Shown piece after piece: positions 1 through 14,071 of a stretch of 64,000 bases of DNA; position 1 is the stretch's first letter; each line of letters starts with the position of its first letter. The DNA is from Amoebidium appalachense (Eukaryota; Protista; Ichthyosporea), in the NCBI GenBank assembly GCA_963693365.1, contig CAVNZM010000013.1:4244722-4308721 (forward strand), read 5' to 3'. The notes beneath the pieces are model-generated. The model ran no database searches. It was given only the letters and a program-made list of their open reading frames with translations, and had not been told where the DNA came from. Both the position numbers and the translations under genes were made by a program.

Positions 1-98
1 CTCTCCCCCCTCCCCCCCCCCCCCCCCCCTTTTCACTTTAACCCTTAGTGGGAAGGGGGAGAGGGGAGAGGGGGTGGGGAGAGGGGGGGGGGGGGGGA

Positions 99-134
<36 letters not shown>

Positions 135-144
135 TTGCTTGTAC

Positions 145-3029
<2,885 letters not shown>

Positions 3030-3533
3030 CCCTTATGGTTCTCCTACGCGCCTCGGCGCGTGGAAAGCACTTGAGTGTGACAGAGAGAGATGGAAACGAT
3101 GACCTGTTATGAATGTTGACTCAACCAACCTGTGCCCAAGAAACAGTTGCCTTCTCTGCTTACTAATCAATGTTATTGCTGCTACATGCATCGGTTCCTC
3201 AAAAGTTAAGGACCGCTTCTTACTTTCCATTGGAAGCTCTGCATGAATTAAACGTCAGCTTTCTCAGGACCCGTGTCCCACCACTTGCAATAAACTAACC
3301 CCTTCCTCCCCTACACAGTCCGCCAAAATGACTCTTTCCTTCACTTCTAACAATCCCAAGCAACCACTTCCTCGCGCTAAGAATCACTCCAAAACACTCG
3401 ACTTTTCTCCTTTCGTTTCGTTTTTCGTGCTTTTGCTTTTCATATCAGCCGGCGCTGCCTTTTCTGTGACGCCTTCGAACGAGAAACGCGGCACTGACAC
3501 ATTCCAAAGCAGTTCTTACAGCACAATGGATTT

Positions 3534-3576
3534 GATTGGTTAATGGGGCATTTGGCGCGCCGATTCAAGATTCAAA
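3534..3576. promoter_or_regulatory. CCAAT box (GATTGG) plus E2F/CDE site and CHR-like motifs upstream of TNPO3-like gene
   Basis: GATTGG at 3534-3539; TTTGGCGCG-CCGA-TTCAAG-A-TTCAAA at 3551-3576, about 520 bp upstream of the ATG in a microsatellite-free stretch. Confidence 0.45.
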
Positions 3577-3881
3577 TTTTATGCCGCGCCTGGGGTGAAG
3601 AAACAAAAAACATACACGTGTGTGACGCTGTCACGTTGTGCGTGGGGCATGGTGTACGTACAAGTTTTTTGTGCGCGTCCAAGCAAGCGTTTTTTTGTGT
3701 GTGTGGCCGCGGGTGCTTGCAAATGAATTGAATTAGCTTCGCACAGGATTTCTATCAGTCTATCTTCTTTCGTTATTCAAACCATGCCCGCTCAAACATA
3801 CAAGCAATGAAACTTCTGTTATAGTTGTGGGTACAGTAAACGTCACAGTAAAGGGGGATCTGGGGGATCCTCTTTTTACGA

Positions 3882-3937
<56 letters not shown>

Positions 3938-4459
3938 CCACGCACGCACGCACCCACGCACGCACCCACGCACGCACGCACGCACATACACACACACAAA
4001 CACAAACACACACACACAAACGCGAACACATGCATACACACGAACACACACTGCCCCTCGCGCTGCACTTACAAGCACGCACACAAATATGAACAAAATA
4101 CCGTGACGAGTAGCTAACAAGCTGACACCCAGGCGCACGACGTAACTACACCACTTGTTCGCACACAGTTTTGCGTGGCACAAGCGCAGACTCACACAAC
4201 TATAACGTGTGACATACACAGACAGAGACACACAGAGACACACGCGCCACATGTACACATATTTTTGTATTTAAACTTTGGGCATAGCTCACACACCTCG
4301 TGTACACTCGCAACCCTACTAATAAAGCAGGCGTACACGAAAATATGAGTGTTTTCTCCCTTCCGTTTTTTCCCTCTTGTTCCACCCCCCACCGTCCTTT
4401 CCTGCCTAACGCTCTCTCTCTTTCTCTCTCTCTCTCCCCCCCCCCCCCCCCCTCTCATT

Positions 4460-4531
<72 letters not shown>

Positions 4532-5365
4532 CCCCCCCCCCCTCTCTCTCTCTCCCCCTCTGTCACTCTCTTTCTCTCTCTCTCTATCTCTATCTCGCCT
4601 CCCCTCCCCCCCAACCCCTGCCCCTCTCCTTCTCCCTCTTCCTCTCCCTTTCCCTCTCTCTCCCCCTCTCCCTCTCCCTCCCCCCCCATCCCTCTCTCTC
4701 TCGCTCGCTCTCTCTCTCTCTCTCCCCCCCCCCCCCCCCCCCCCTCTCTCTCTCCCCCACTCTCTCTCTCCCCCCGCCCTTCTGCCTTTCCCTCTTCTCT
4801 ATCTCTCTTTCCATCTCGATTAACACACCTGCATGCACAAATCGCCAGCCATATCAACGACGCGGACACAGACATACACACAGCACACTGATCGCGAGCT
4901 CCTAGTGGACGCATACACATGTACACACACACGGGTGGCGCACACTGCACCACACACGCACACAAACGCTCACACTAATGTGTGCGCATGCAATTCGCGT
5001 GATCGCTTGCACACACGCACGGAGCTCTAGAGAGAGATAGAGGGGGGGGAGAGGGGGGGCGGAGGAGAGCCTCTGATAGAGGGGAGAGAGAGAGAGTGAG
5101 AAGCACATAATCACCCGTGCACACACACACACATACACAGTTAGCATCCCCATACGATGACCTAAGTTACCTTAGGCAACCCAATATATAAAATATGGAA
5201 GCAATGTTGCCTGTGAAATACTGGTTTTATGTATACAGGAGGCCGCCGTGGCGCAAACAGCACGAACAATTATTATTGAGTGGTAGTTTATTACAGGCTT
5301 GAGGCCGAGTTGCTTGCTGTGTACAGCATTGCTGTGTGTTCTATACACATCGCCTCCGGTGATTG

Positions 5366-5890
5366 TCACTGTCTCACGTTGTCTTCACTTGTGCGCTTGG
5401 CAGGCGGGGCCGAGTCCAGGGGGGCTTGCGTGAGGCGGGCGGCCGGGACGCAGCGGACGTAGGGGCCAGCCATGCGTATCGCCGTGTTGATGTTGGCTTG
5501 TAGGCAGCTTTGGCAGAAGCGGGCCACAGCGTCAGGGCCATCGACGGCGCACTTGCGGACGTGCGGGCGCATGTAGAGCGGGACCATGCCCATTAGCTCC
5601 TGTTGCAGCAGCAACAGCTCGGGGTCGTCGTGGCGGCGTCCCGCGCGTAGGCCTCTGACGAGGGCGCCGCACAGGCGGGCGATGCTGGTGTGCACCTTGG
5701 CGGTGGTGTTGACGAGGTGGTAGATCTCCCCCGCAACCTCAGGCGGTCTCCCGTCCATAAGCAGCCTATAGGCTATCATCAGCGCAGCCTCGACGGTGTT
5801 GGGAAACTCTCTCGACATTGCGACGTTCATTCTTTTTTTTTCCACTGCAACAATCGCAAACTGACTGACTTTCAAACCTGTTGCACACAT
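5366..5890 (-). CDS. Intronless orphan protein (174 aa; alternative starts at 5830 or 5818)
   Basis: Uninterrupted GC-rich, non-repetitive ORF with coding-like composition and a C-terminal PPAKR NLS-like motif. No family recognised. Confidence 0.6.
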   Translation of the reverse strand: MCATGLKVSQFAIVAVEKKRMNVAMSREFPNTVEAALMIAYRLLMDGRPPEVAGEIYHLVNTTAKVHTSIARLCGALVRGLRAGRRHDDPELLLLQQELMGMVPLYMRPHVRKCAVDGPDAVARFCQSCLQANINTAIRMAGPYVRCVPAARLTQAPLDSAPPAKRTSEDNVRQ

Positions 5891-5945
5891 GTTTATGTAC
5901 TGTGTGTGGTTTAGGGCTACCGGGGGGGGAGGGGGGGGAGGGGGA

Positions 5946-6300
5946 GGGCAACATGCCCCCCCGGTAAACTACGCAGTCGGGCAACATGCCCCCGGTAAAC
6001 TACGCAGTCGGGCAACATGCCCCCGGTAAACTACGCAGTCGGGCAACATGCCCCCGGTGAACTACGCAGTCGGGCAACATGCCCCCGGTGAATTACGCAG
6101 TCGGGCAACATGCCCCCGGTGAACTACGCAGTCGGGCAACATGCCCCCGGTGAACTACGCGGTTCAGGTAGCATGCCCCCGGTGAACTATGAAGTTGGGC
6201 AACATGCCCCCGGTGAACTATGGAGTCGGGTACTGTAGCATGCCCCCGGTGAATCTAAGAGGTGTGTGCGCCCCCGGACAATAGCCCCCGGTGAACTCCG
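5946..6300. repeat. 31-bp tandem array (~10 units, degenerating rightwards), unit GGGCAACATGCCCCCGGT(A/G)AACTACGCAGTC
   Basis: Unit starts at 5946, 5979, 6010, 6041, 6072, 6103, 6134, then diverged copies to ~6300. Each intact unit holds the inverted repeat GGGCA-ACA-TGCCC. Confidence 0.95.
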
Positions 6301-6310
6301 CTGGGAAAAG

Positions 6311-6337
6311 TATAAAAGCACCGACATACATTCAGTT
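6311..6337 (+). promoter_or_regulatory. TATA box (TATAAAA) and Inr-like TCAGTT upstream of ORF 6404
   Basis: TATAAAA at 6311-6317 and TCAGTT at 6332-6337; the TATA box is ~90 bp before the ATG. Spacing is somewhat shorter than canonical. Confidence 0.4.
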
Positions 6338-6403
6338 TGACTTAATTTCATTTCTTCCACCGAGACCTGCACATGCATTCTTTCAAATCTCACAGAACCG
6401 AAG

Positions 6404-7102
6404 ATGCCCAAGGCCGTGTCTCAGTCCGTCAAAATCAAAAGCAAGCCGTATCCTTGTTCCCCCAAGGAATCGGTCCTTCTAAAACAAATAGACAAACTGA
6501 AAGCAGAATATGACAGGTTTGTAACCGACAATCTATATGAAAACAATGCCTTGAAAACGAAACTTTCAGGGTCACAGGCGGCGCTGTCCGCATTGACATC
6601 GCAGCTGAACGAAACACTTACCAAACTCGACCGCATGGAGCACGTCGACAAGAAGCTAGCCAAGCGCGACGAGCACATATGCACACTGGAGACGAAGATC
6701 GGTTCTGTTCGCGACAAGCTGAAGTCTGTCAAGGCAGAGCTTAACGACACCAGGGAGGCGGTGAGAACCGCTCGCGACAATTTCAAAGCAGGGCTTATTG
6801 CCACCCAAAAGGACCTCGCCACTGCAAGGGCCAGTCGTGACGCCGCCGGAGTACAGCTTGAGGCCACCAAAAAGGACCTTGCCACTGCAAGGGCCGGTCG
6901 TGACGCCGCCGGAGTACAGCTTCAGGCCACCAAGAAGGAGCTCGCCACTGCAAGGGCCGGTCGTGACGCTGCCGGAGTAGAGCTTGAGGCCATCAAGAAG
7001 GAGCTCGCCAAAGCGAGGGCCGAGCATGATGCTGTCAAGGCGGAGCATCAGGTCCTGAAGAACGAGCTCTCCATGGTGAGGGCTGTAGCCTTTTTTGCCT
7101 GA
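6404..7102 (+). CDS. Intronless coiled-coil protein (232 aa) with four 21-aa tandem repeats
   Basis: Uninterrupted ORF with heptad-like Leu/Ala/Lys/Glu pattern; repeat K(D/E)LATARAGRDAAGVQLEATK encoded by 63-bp DNA repeats at ~6808-7060. Confidence 0.75.
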   Translation: MPKAVSQSVKIKSKPYPCSPKESVLLKQIDKLKAEYDRFVTDNLYENNALKTKLSGSQAALSALTSQLNETLTKLDRMEHVDKKLAKRDEHICTLETKIGSVRDKLKSVKAELNDTREAVRTARDNFKAGLIATQKDLATARASRDAAGVQLEATKKDLATARAGRDAAGVQLQATKKELATARAGRDAAGVELEAIKKELAKARAEHDAVKAEHQVLKNELSMVRAVAFFA

Positions 7103-7269
7103 GGATTGTGGCCGGAGGCGACCCGCGACTACCCATGCAAATATACGAGCGTGTTGAGAGGGGGCCGGGTGGGTAGGGAGAAGGGGGGGCTCCCAAGGTT
7201 ATTCGTGCGAAGCGGGGAAGGATCCACAGCCCCGCCCAATTAGGTGTCGCAGCTGGTATTTTTTTTTTT

Positions 7270-7322
<53 letters not shown>

Positions 7323-9150
7323 CATTTGGGATTTTGGTGCCCCCGCCTCCCCTTCCCCCCTTCCCCTCCCCTCCCTCCCCCTCTCCTTCCCCACGCCAAC
7401 TATACCAACTGATTTTTTGATGTTTTCGTCCCCCTAATAATCAGACCAACATGCCCTAGACATTACTACATCATCCGGATCCTATGTACCTTGTCAAATG
7501 ATGGAAGGTCAGAGGAGGGACATGAAGTTACCGGGTGGAAATTGAAAGAGGTTTTGGTTCTAGTGTTCTTAGATACCCGCAAAAGAAAACCAAGCAACCA
7601 GGTTTATCCTCAAAGTCTTGGTGTGCAGCAGGCTGACGGTGCAGTACCTGTAAAAATGCTGCTAACATGTAACATGTTATCTTGTAGTCCCAAAGTTGTT
7701 TGTACAGCAGTCAGCTGCAACTTGGCGGTAAGCTGCAACTGAGTCATGCAAGAATGGCGGCTTCGCTGCTCTGGTTACCTCCTTACGATTGGATATCGCA
7801 TTCCAATGCACCAATGAAGTAAACAAGAATGTTAATTGGTGTTGATGATTCGCCACATATCACGTTATCTACTTACCGCTTTTCGGCACTGTTATACACA
7901 AGCACAACCAGTTGACGATGTTTCGTTTTGGGACTACTTTTTGTCTACGTTTTTCTTTTTTTCCGACATGGTGTTACAGTTTTCAAGGGCTTGGTTTCTT
8001 TGAGGTTAGCTTTGACAGCCAGAGTGCACTTCTTTTTCAAGACAGTCAGAGTTCATTTCTTTTCATTTTCTGTTTTTAGTTTCTTGCCTTTTTTCCGGGT
8101 TCAGATATCTGTAGGGGAGAATCTACAACAATCCTTGAAGATCATGTTGGACCCACGGTAGCCAAGATTCGGTGTCTCATTTCTAGCCACGCGCATGTTT
8201 AGCAGCTGGTAGCAAGCAGTTTTCAAACTGTTTTTATCTTAGCAAGGACATCCTTTGTTCCTGTGTGTCTCTAAAGCTGAAACTCGCTTCTGTTTTCGCC
8301 ACCGTTGCTCATCTCCTGCACCGGTTCAAACTTGCAGGGCTGTTTTCTACTTTGCTGAGATTAGCAGGTACGTGGAACGAAAAGTGCTTGCATGAGGCTG
8401 AACCTTCTGGCACTGACTTGATGTTTCGTTCTGGCCCTTGGTTGTGCGGAACTTTTTATTTGAAAAGATCGAACTGGAAGCTACAAGAGTGGTGTGGGTC
8501 GGTGGGTGTATGTGCGTTTATGTATTCTTGTGATTGTATGTTTTGGCATTCGTGTGGGTGGTTGGATGGGTAGGCGGGTAAATATGCTGATGAATGGGCG
8601 GGTGTGTGGGTGGATTGGTAAGTGATCAGGTAGGTGTGAGTGTGTGTGTTTACATGCCTCTGTGTCTGTGTGTACTTGTGTGTTTGTGCGTAGATCCGCA
8701 AGTATGCTCGTTACTTGTGTAGTGTATGCTTTTGCAAGTCATACACACCAGCCAGGACTAACGTAAAGCACACATGGGGTTGCATTGAGTGAATACAGAC
8801 TGGGGTTCTTTTGTGGATCTGCCGTGGTAGCCAGCCCGGTTGCCATGTTGTTTGGCTCTTATGTCTTCCTGGGCATCTGCTTTGTACCCCGTGTGCAGTG
8901 TGGATGTAACAATGCTGTTATTATCGCGGTTGCTCGTGTTTTCTTGCCTCTGTGTATTGTGCGCCTGTGTGTCCAATAATGTGCCCACAGGAATATGTTT
9001 ATAACAACAAGCATGTTCATATGTATACTTCTAATTCTTCCACTCCCCCCTCCCCCCTCCCTCCCGTCCCCCCCTTCCGCCTTGTGCTGTGTTCTTCTTG
9101 TCACTGTATATAACACATCTGTCCCTCCATATCTCTTCTCTTTGATCTCT

Positions 9151-9185
<35 letters not shown>

Positions 9186-9363
9186 TTCCCCCCCCCCCCC
9201 CCCCCCCCCCCCCGTTTCTCTTCATCTTTCTCTCTCCTCTTGCCTCTCCCACACACACACACACACACACTCCCCCCCCCTCCCCCCCCCCCCCCCTCTT
9301 CCCCGTCCTCTCTTTCTCCCTTTCACCCCTTCATTATCTCTCCCTGTTTGTGGGTGTGTTTGG

Positions 9364-9797
9364 TGCGGTATACCGTATGAGCATATATTAGTAAGATACG
9401 GAGTACACAGTGATCACACGATCAACCTGAGAGGTGGGCCACTTGTGGGCATGACCTTGGTATGAGATTGAGCATAAGGGAAACGTGCAGGATACGTGGA
9501 CATCCACCTTTATCTTCATCTCATAGTGTGCCCTTGGTGGGCATGACCTTGGTATGAGTGTGAGCATAAGATCCTGCACGTTTCCCTTATGCTCACACTT
9601 ATACCAAGGTCACACCCATCAAGTCACACTTATACCAAGATCACACTTATACCAAGGTCACGCCCACATCCTGCACGTTCCCCTTATGCTCAATCTCATA
9701 CCAAGGTCATGCCCACAAGTGGCCCACCTCTCAGGTTGATCGTGTGATCACTGTGTACTCCGTATCTTACTAATGTATGCACATACGGTATACCACA
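9364..9797. mobile_element. Non-autonomous foldback/MITE-like element, ~434 bp, ~130-bp terminal inverted repeats, TG...CA ends, putative 5-bp TSD TTTGG
   Basis: 9364-~9493 is the near-perfect reverse complement of ~9668-9797. The interior consists of further copies of the TIR subrepeat (GGGCATGACCTTGGTATGAG / CTTATACCAAGGTCA). TTTGG flanks both sides (9359-9363, 9798-9802). No ORF. Confidence 0.75.
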
Positions 9798-10004
9798 TTT
9801 GGGTGTGTGTGTGCCCCTTTTCCCTCACGTTCCCCGAACCTTTGCTTATACACACACACACACACACGCAACACACAAACACACCGACTTGCCATCCAAA
9901 CATCTCTCTCTCTCCCCCCCCCCCCCCCCCTCCTCCTCTCCCAACAGACCCCCATTTATCTGACAAATTTCATATATAGGGACATCTCCCTATCCCCCAC
10001 CACC

Positions 10005-11583
10005 ATGAACACCCCCGGGCAGCCTCCGCGAATACAGAAAATTGCCATGCCGCCCGTGCACACAAATAACTTTTACTATCCCATGTATTATCCCCCTCCC
10101 CCTCCACCCCCACCGACGAGCCAACGCCCCTCCGCACTCGGAGCAAAGCGGAAGCCTTCTTTTTCCCAACTTCCGGCATTGCCGAAGGTAACATGTCTCT
10201 CCCCCCCAGTCCCCCTTCCTCCCCTCCCCCCCCTCCTCCCCCCACCTGCTCCTCCTCCCCCCGGCCTCCCGCCAGTGCCCGTACTTCACCGATGATGAGG
10301 AAACAAACACACGCACACACACACACACACACATACACACACACTTTTCATGGTGTAATAACATTGTATTACACACGACAGGCACCCTAGAAGGGGGGGG
10401 AGGGGGGGGGGGGGGGGGGGGGGGGGCAGGGGGACTAAGAGGGACCCGACAGGCACCCAAGGAGAGGGGGGGGGCAGGGGGGCTAAGAGGGACAAGACAG
10501 GCACCCAGAGGGGGGGGGGGGGGGGGGGGGGGGAGGGGGGGGGGGGGATGAAAGATAGCAAAAGGGGAAAGTGGACATAGAAGTTGCTGTAATTGCCCAT
10601 ATACATCAGCACCTTGTTCAAGTGAGATACCAAGCCTTTCATGGGGATGGGGGGGTTTTGGGGGGGGGTAGTGACATAGAGTGGCTAGGGCAAATAGTTG
10701 AAGAATGTCAAAGAAACAGGGCAGCTAGCAAACAAAATTGAGTTGCCGTGGGGAGGGAGGAGATTATGTTATTGTGTAACGTCCGGTTCTCAAACACAAA
10801 TCCTCACTGAACAAAGAGAGTATGTTGCTGGTAATGGTGGCGTGCATATGGGGAATGAAGGGAGGGGGTGGGGGAGGGGGGGGGGGGGGGGGGGGCTTAA
10901 GTGGGAGATTCACATAAACCTACAATGTGTTTATTTCTTTCCTTTTCAGGGGGTGACGCCTACCACACCCAATGGAAAAGTGCCGATAAAAATGGCCCTG
11001 CCACGGCCCGCGTCCAACCCGTTTCCTAATATGGCAGGTGTGCCGCCACCAAGTGCACACCCGAGACCTCTACCTGTAAGTGTCTGAACATCTCTCCACT
11101 CTGCTTTTTCCGCATGTTTCTTTTCATTCTTTCTTTCCTCCTGTTACACACACATGCAAATGCATGTATCCACGCACACACACACGCGCGCGCGCGCGCT
11201 GTTTACGAGGCAGAGAGAGAGAGATAGATAGATAGAGAGACGGAGGGAGGGAGAGAGAGAGAGAGATAGAGAGAGAGAGACGGAGGGAGAGAGAGTTAGA
11301 CAGAAAGAGTCAGAGACAGACATCCGGTGGTGGTGCACAGTCGGGGGGAGAGGGCGGGGGGGAGGGTGGGGAGGGTGGGGAGGGGGGCTGTGTTGTTTGC
11401 CTGTCTTAGCTCCTGCTATGAAGAGCATTCACCTTTCCTTCCCCCCCTCTATGGCTTGCATTCTGCATCGTGTTATCCGTTTGTTCTTGTGTACTTCGTA
11501 CTTTTTGACGCATTCAAAACCCCCCCCCACCACCACCACCATCACCACCACCATCACACACACAGAGAGAGAGACAGACACAC

Positions 11584-11659
<76 letters not shown>

Positions 11660-12849
11660 CGCGCACACCCCTGTAATCTCTCCCCCTCCCCCTCCCCCCG
11701 CCTCCCCCCCCCCCCCAAGTTCAGTTGATGCTGCTGTCTGAGTTGGAGCGTCGTATATACGCGGGCTAAGGGGTCGAAACTCAGACGCAATTGATGACTT
11801 GGGCCCTCCCTGAGGATGGGCTCTGCTTATGACGCATACTGTGCGCATGGCTGATGCTGCATAGTTGAATGTTTGCCTTTGCATGTGTCCTGCACCATGC
11901 TTCTCATCGTGTATGCGTACTTCGTACTGTGTTCCGCATTCAAACCCCCCCTGTCTTCTTTCAGAGGTGTCCTTTCAGGACAGACCACTGTGTGGAGACA
12001 TCTTTACTTCCATGCAACCGGGCATGGTTGCTCTGTGTCGTGCATCTGTAAGCACACGCGTTTGTCGCTGCACTGCATTAGTTTGCACACACATCTTCAC
12101 CGTTTTGCTCACCTTGCTTGCATAAGCAACCCTGCTCGTCTTTGATCAAGACGGGTTGACCCACCCAAGTTCAGTTGATGCTGCTGTCTGAGTTGGAGCG
12201 TCGTATATACGCGGGCTAAGGGGTCGAAACTCAGACGCAATTGATGACTTGGGCCCTCCCTGAGGATGGGCTCTGCTTATGACGCATACTGTGCGCATGG
12301 CTGATGCTGCATAGTTGAATGTTTGCCTTTGCATGTGTCCTGCACCATGCTTCTCATCGTGTATGCGTACTTCGTACTGTGTTCCGCATTCAAACCCCCC
12401 CCCCCGCCTCCCCCCCCCCCCCCCCAAAACATACTCCTAATGCTTGGCATGCACTCTGCATTGTGTTGTCTGTCGTGGGCGTGTACTTCGTACCTTATGA
12501 CGCATACAAATCCCCCCCCGCACACACACACACACACACAACCCTGCACCTATGCCTTTCTTCTTTCATCCCAGCCTGCACACACACTCGACCGCACCGA
12601 ACCAGACAGACACACCCTCACGCAAACACATGCACACACTCACCACACTCACCCACAAACACACGCATACTTACAACCCCACACTCTCACACCCTCACAC
12701 TCACAGTCCCACACACTCGTACTCGCAATCCCACACACTTACACTAACATTTTTACACACACACTCACTCACTCACTCACTCACTCACTCACTCACTCAC
12801 TCACTCACTCACTCACTCACTCAGTCACTTACACACTCACGAACACACA

Positions 12850-12926
<77 letters not shown>

Positions 12927-13313
12927 GCAGTTAGAGCAGTACAACCGGCTAGCCCTACCCCCTCGGTCGCAAATGTCGTTCCCGGTACATGAGGAAATGC
13001 CAATTGAGGCAAGAGGTGTGTGTGTGTGTGTGTGTGTGTGTTATGCATGCGTGCGTGCCTGTGTGCGTGTGTGCGTATGTGAGTATGTGCGTGTGTGCGT
13101 GTGTGCGTGTTTGTGTGCGCGCGCGCGCGTGTCGGGGGGGGGGGGGGGGGGGGGGGAGGTGGGGGGAGGGGGGAGGGGGGGAGGGGGAGGGTGCGCGCGG
13201 TGTGCTTGACACGGGCGCATTCACATGCAAGTTAATAAACAGAGCACAACTCCTGGCAACAAAAAACGTTCATTTGTCTATTATTTGTGTCTCGTTCAGT
13301 GCTCCCCCCCCCC

Positions 13314-13344
<31 letters not shown>

Positions 13345-13534
13345 ACACACTACCCCCCCAATCCCTCCCTCCCTACCCCAATTCAAAGAATAGCACGACC
13401 TTTTATGAGGATGCGCACTTTACTTCTATTGGTTGCACATCGTGTGTGACTTGCACGTTTTGCATGATGTTGTTCGTTGTGAATATGCACTTCGTACTCT
13501 GGAAGATAATAAATGTATCTAGGCCCACACCCGT

Positions 13535-13616
<82 letters not shown>

Positions 13617-13744
13617 ACACACACACACTTGAGGATGTGGAGACGTGAAGATGTGGTCTTGCCTTCAACTATTTTTGTACGTGTCTATAAGTACTTTGAA
13701 GCTTCACGCCCATCACACCCAACACAAACACAACATGCCCCAAG

Positions 13745-13839
<95 letters not shown>

Positions 13840-14071
13840 CACACACACAGGCACACACACACACACACACACATTATTCTGCGTCCACAGCTCTCCTCCT
13901 CTATCCCTCTCTCTTCCCGCTGACTCATATCCACCCCCAATACATTCCACAGGCCCACCCTCGAAACGAGCAGGTGATGCTAACGAGGAAAATGGTGACA
14001 AGAAGGAGGTGAAGAAACAAAGGAAGTCAGCGGCAAAGATGGCGGCTGCGGTAGCCCAGGACAACAGCTAA
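10005..14071 (+). CDS. Pro-rich, basic low-complexity orphan protein (~170 aa); exons 10005-10187, 10950-11075, 12931-13015, 13953-14071
   Basis: Kozak-like CCACCATG. Four exons with GT/AG ends and consistent phases (0,0,1): MNTPGQPPRIQKIAMPP...LPK|GVTPTTPNGKVP...PLP|LEQYNRLALPPR...EAR|GPPSKRAGDANEENGDKKEVKKQRKS...DNS*. Upstream exons possible. Confidence 0.6.
11714..12401 (+). repeat. Identical ~238-bp direct duplication (11714-11951 and 12164-12401) in an intron
   Basis: Base-for-base identity at an offset of 450 bp; both copies end in a C-run. Confidence 0.95.

Noticed and set aside
5946-6300. 31-bp array as a CRISPR array
   Set aside because: Head-to-tail units with no unique spacers, no cas genes, eukaryotic context.
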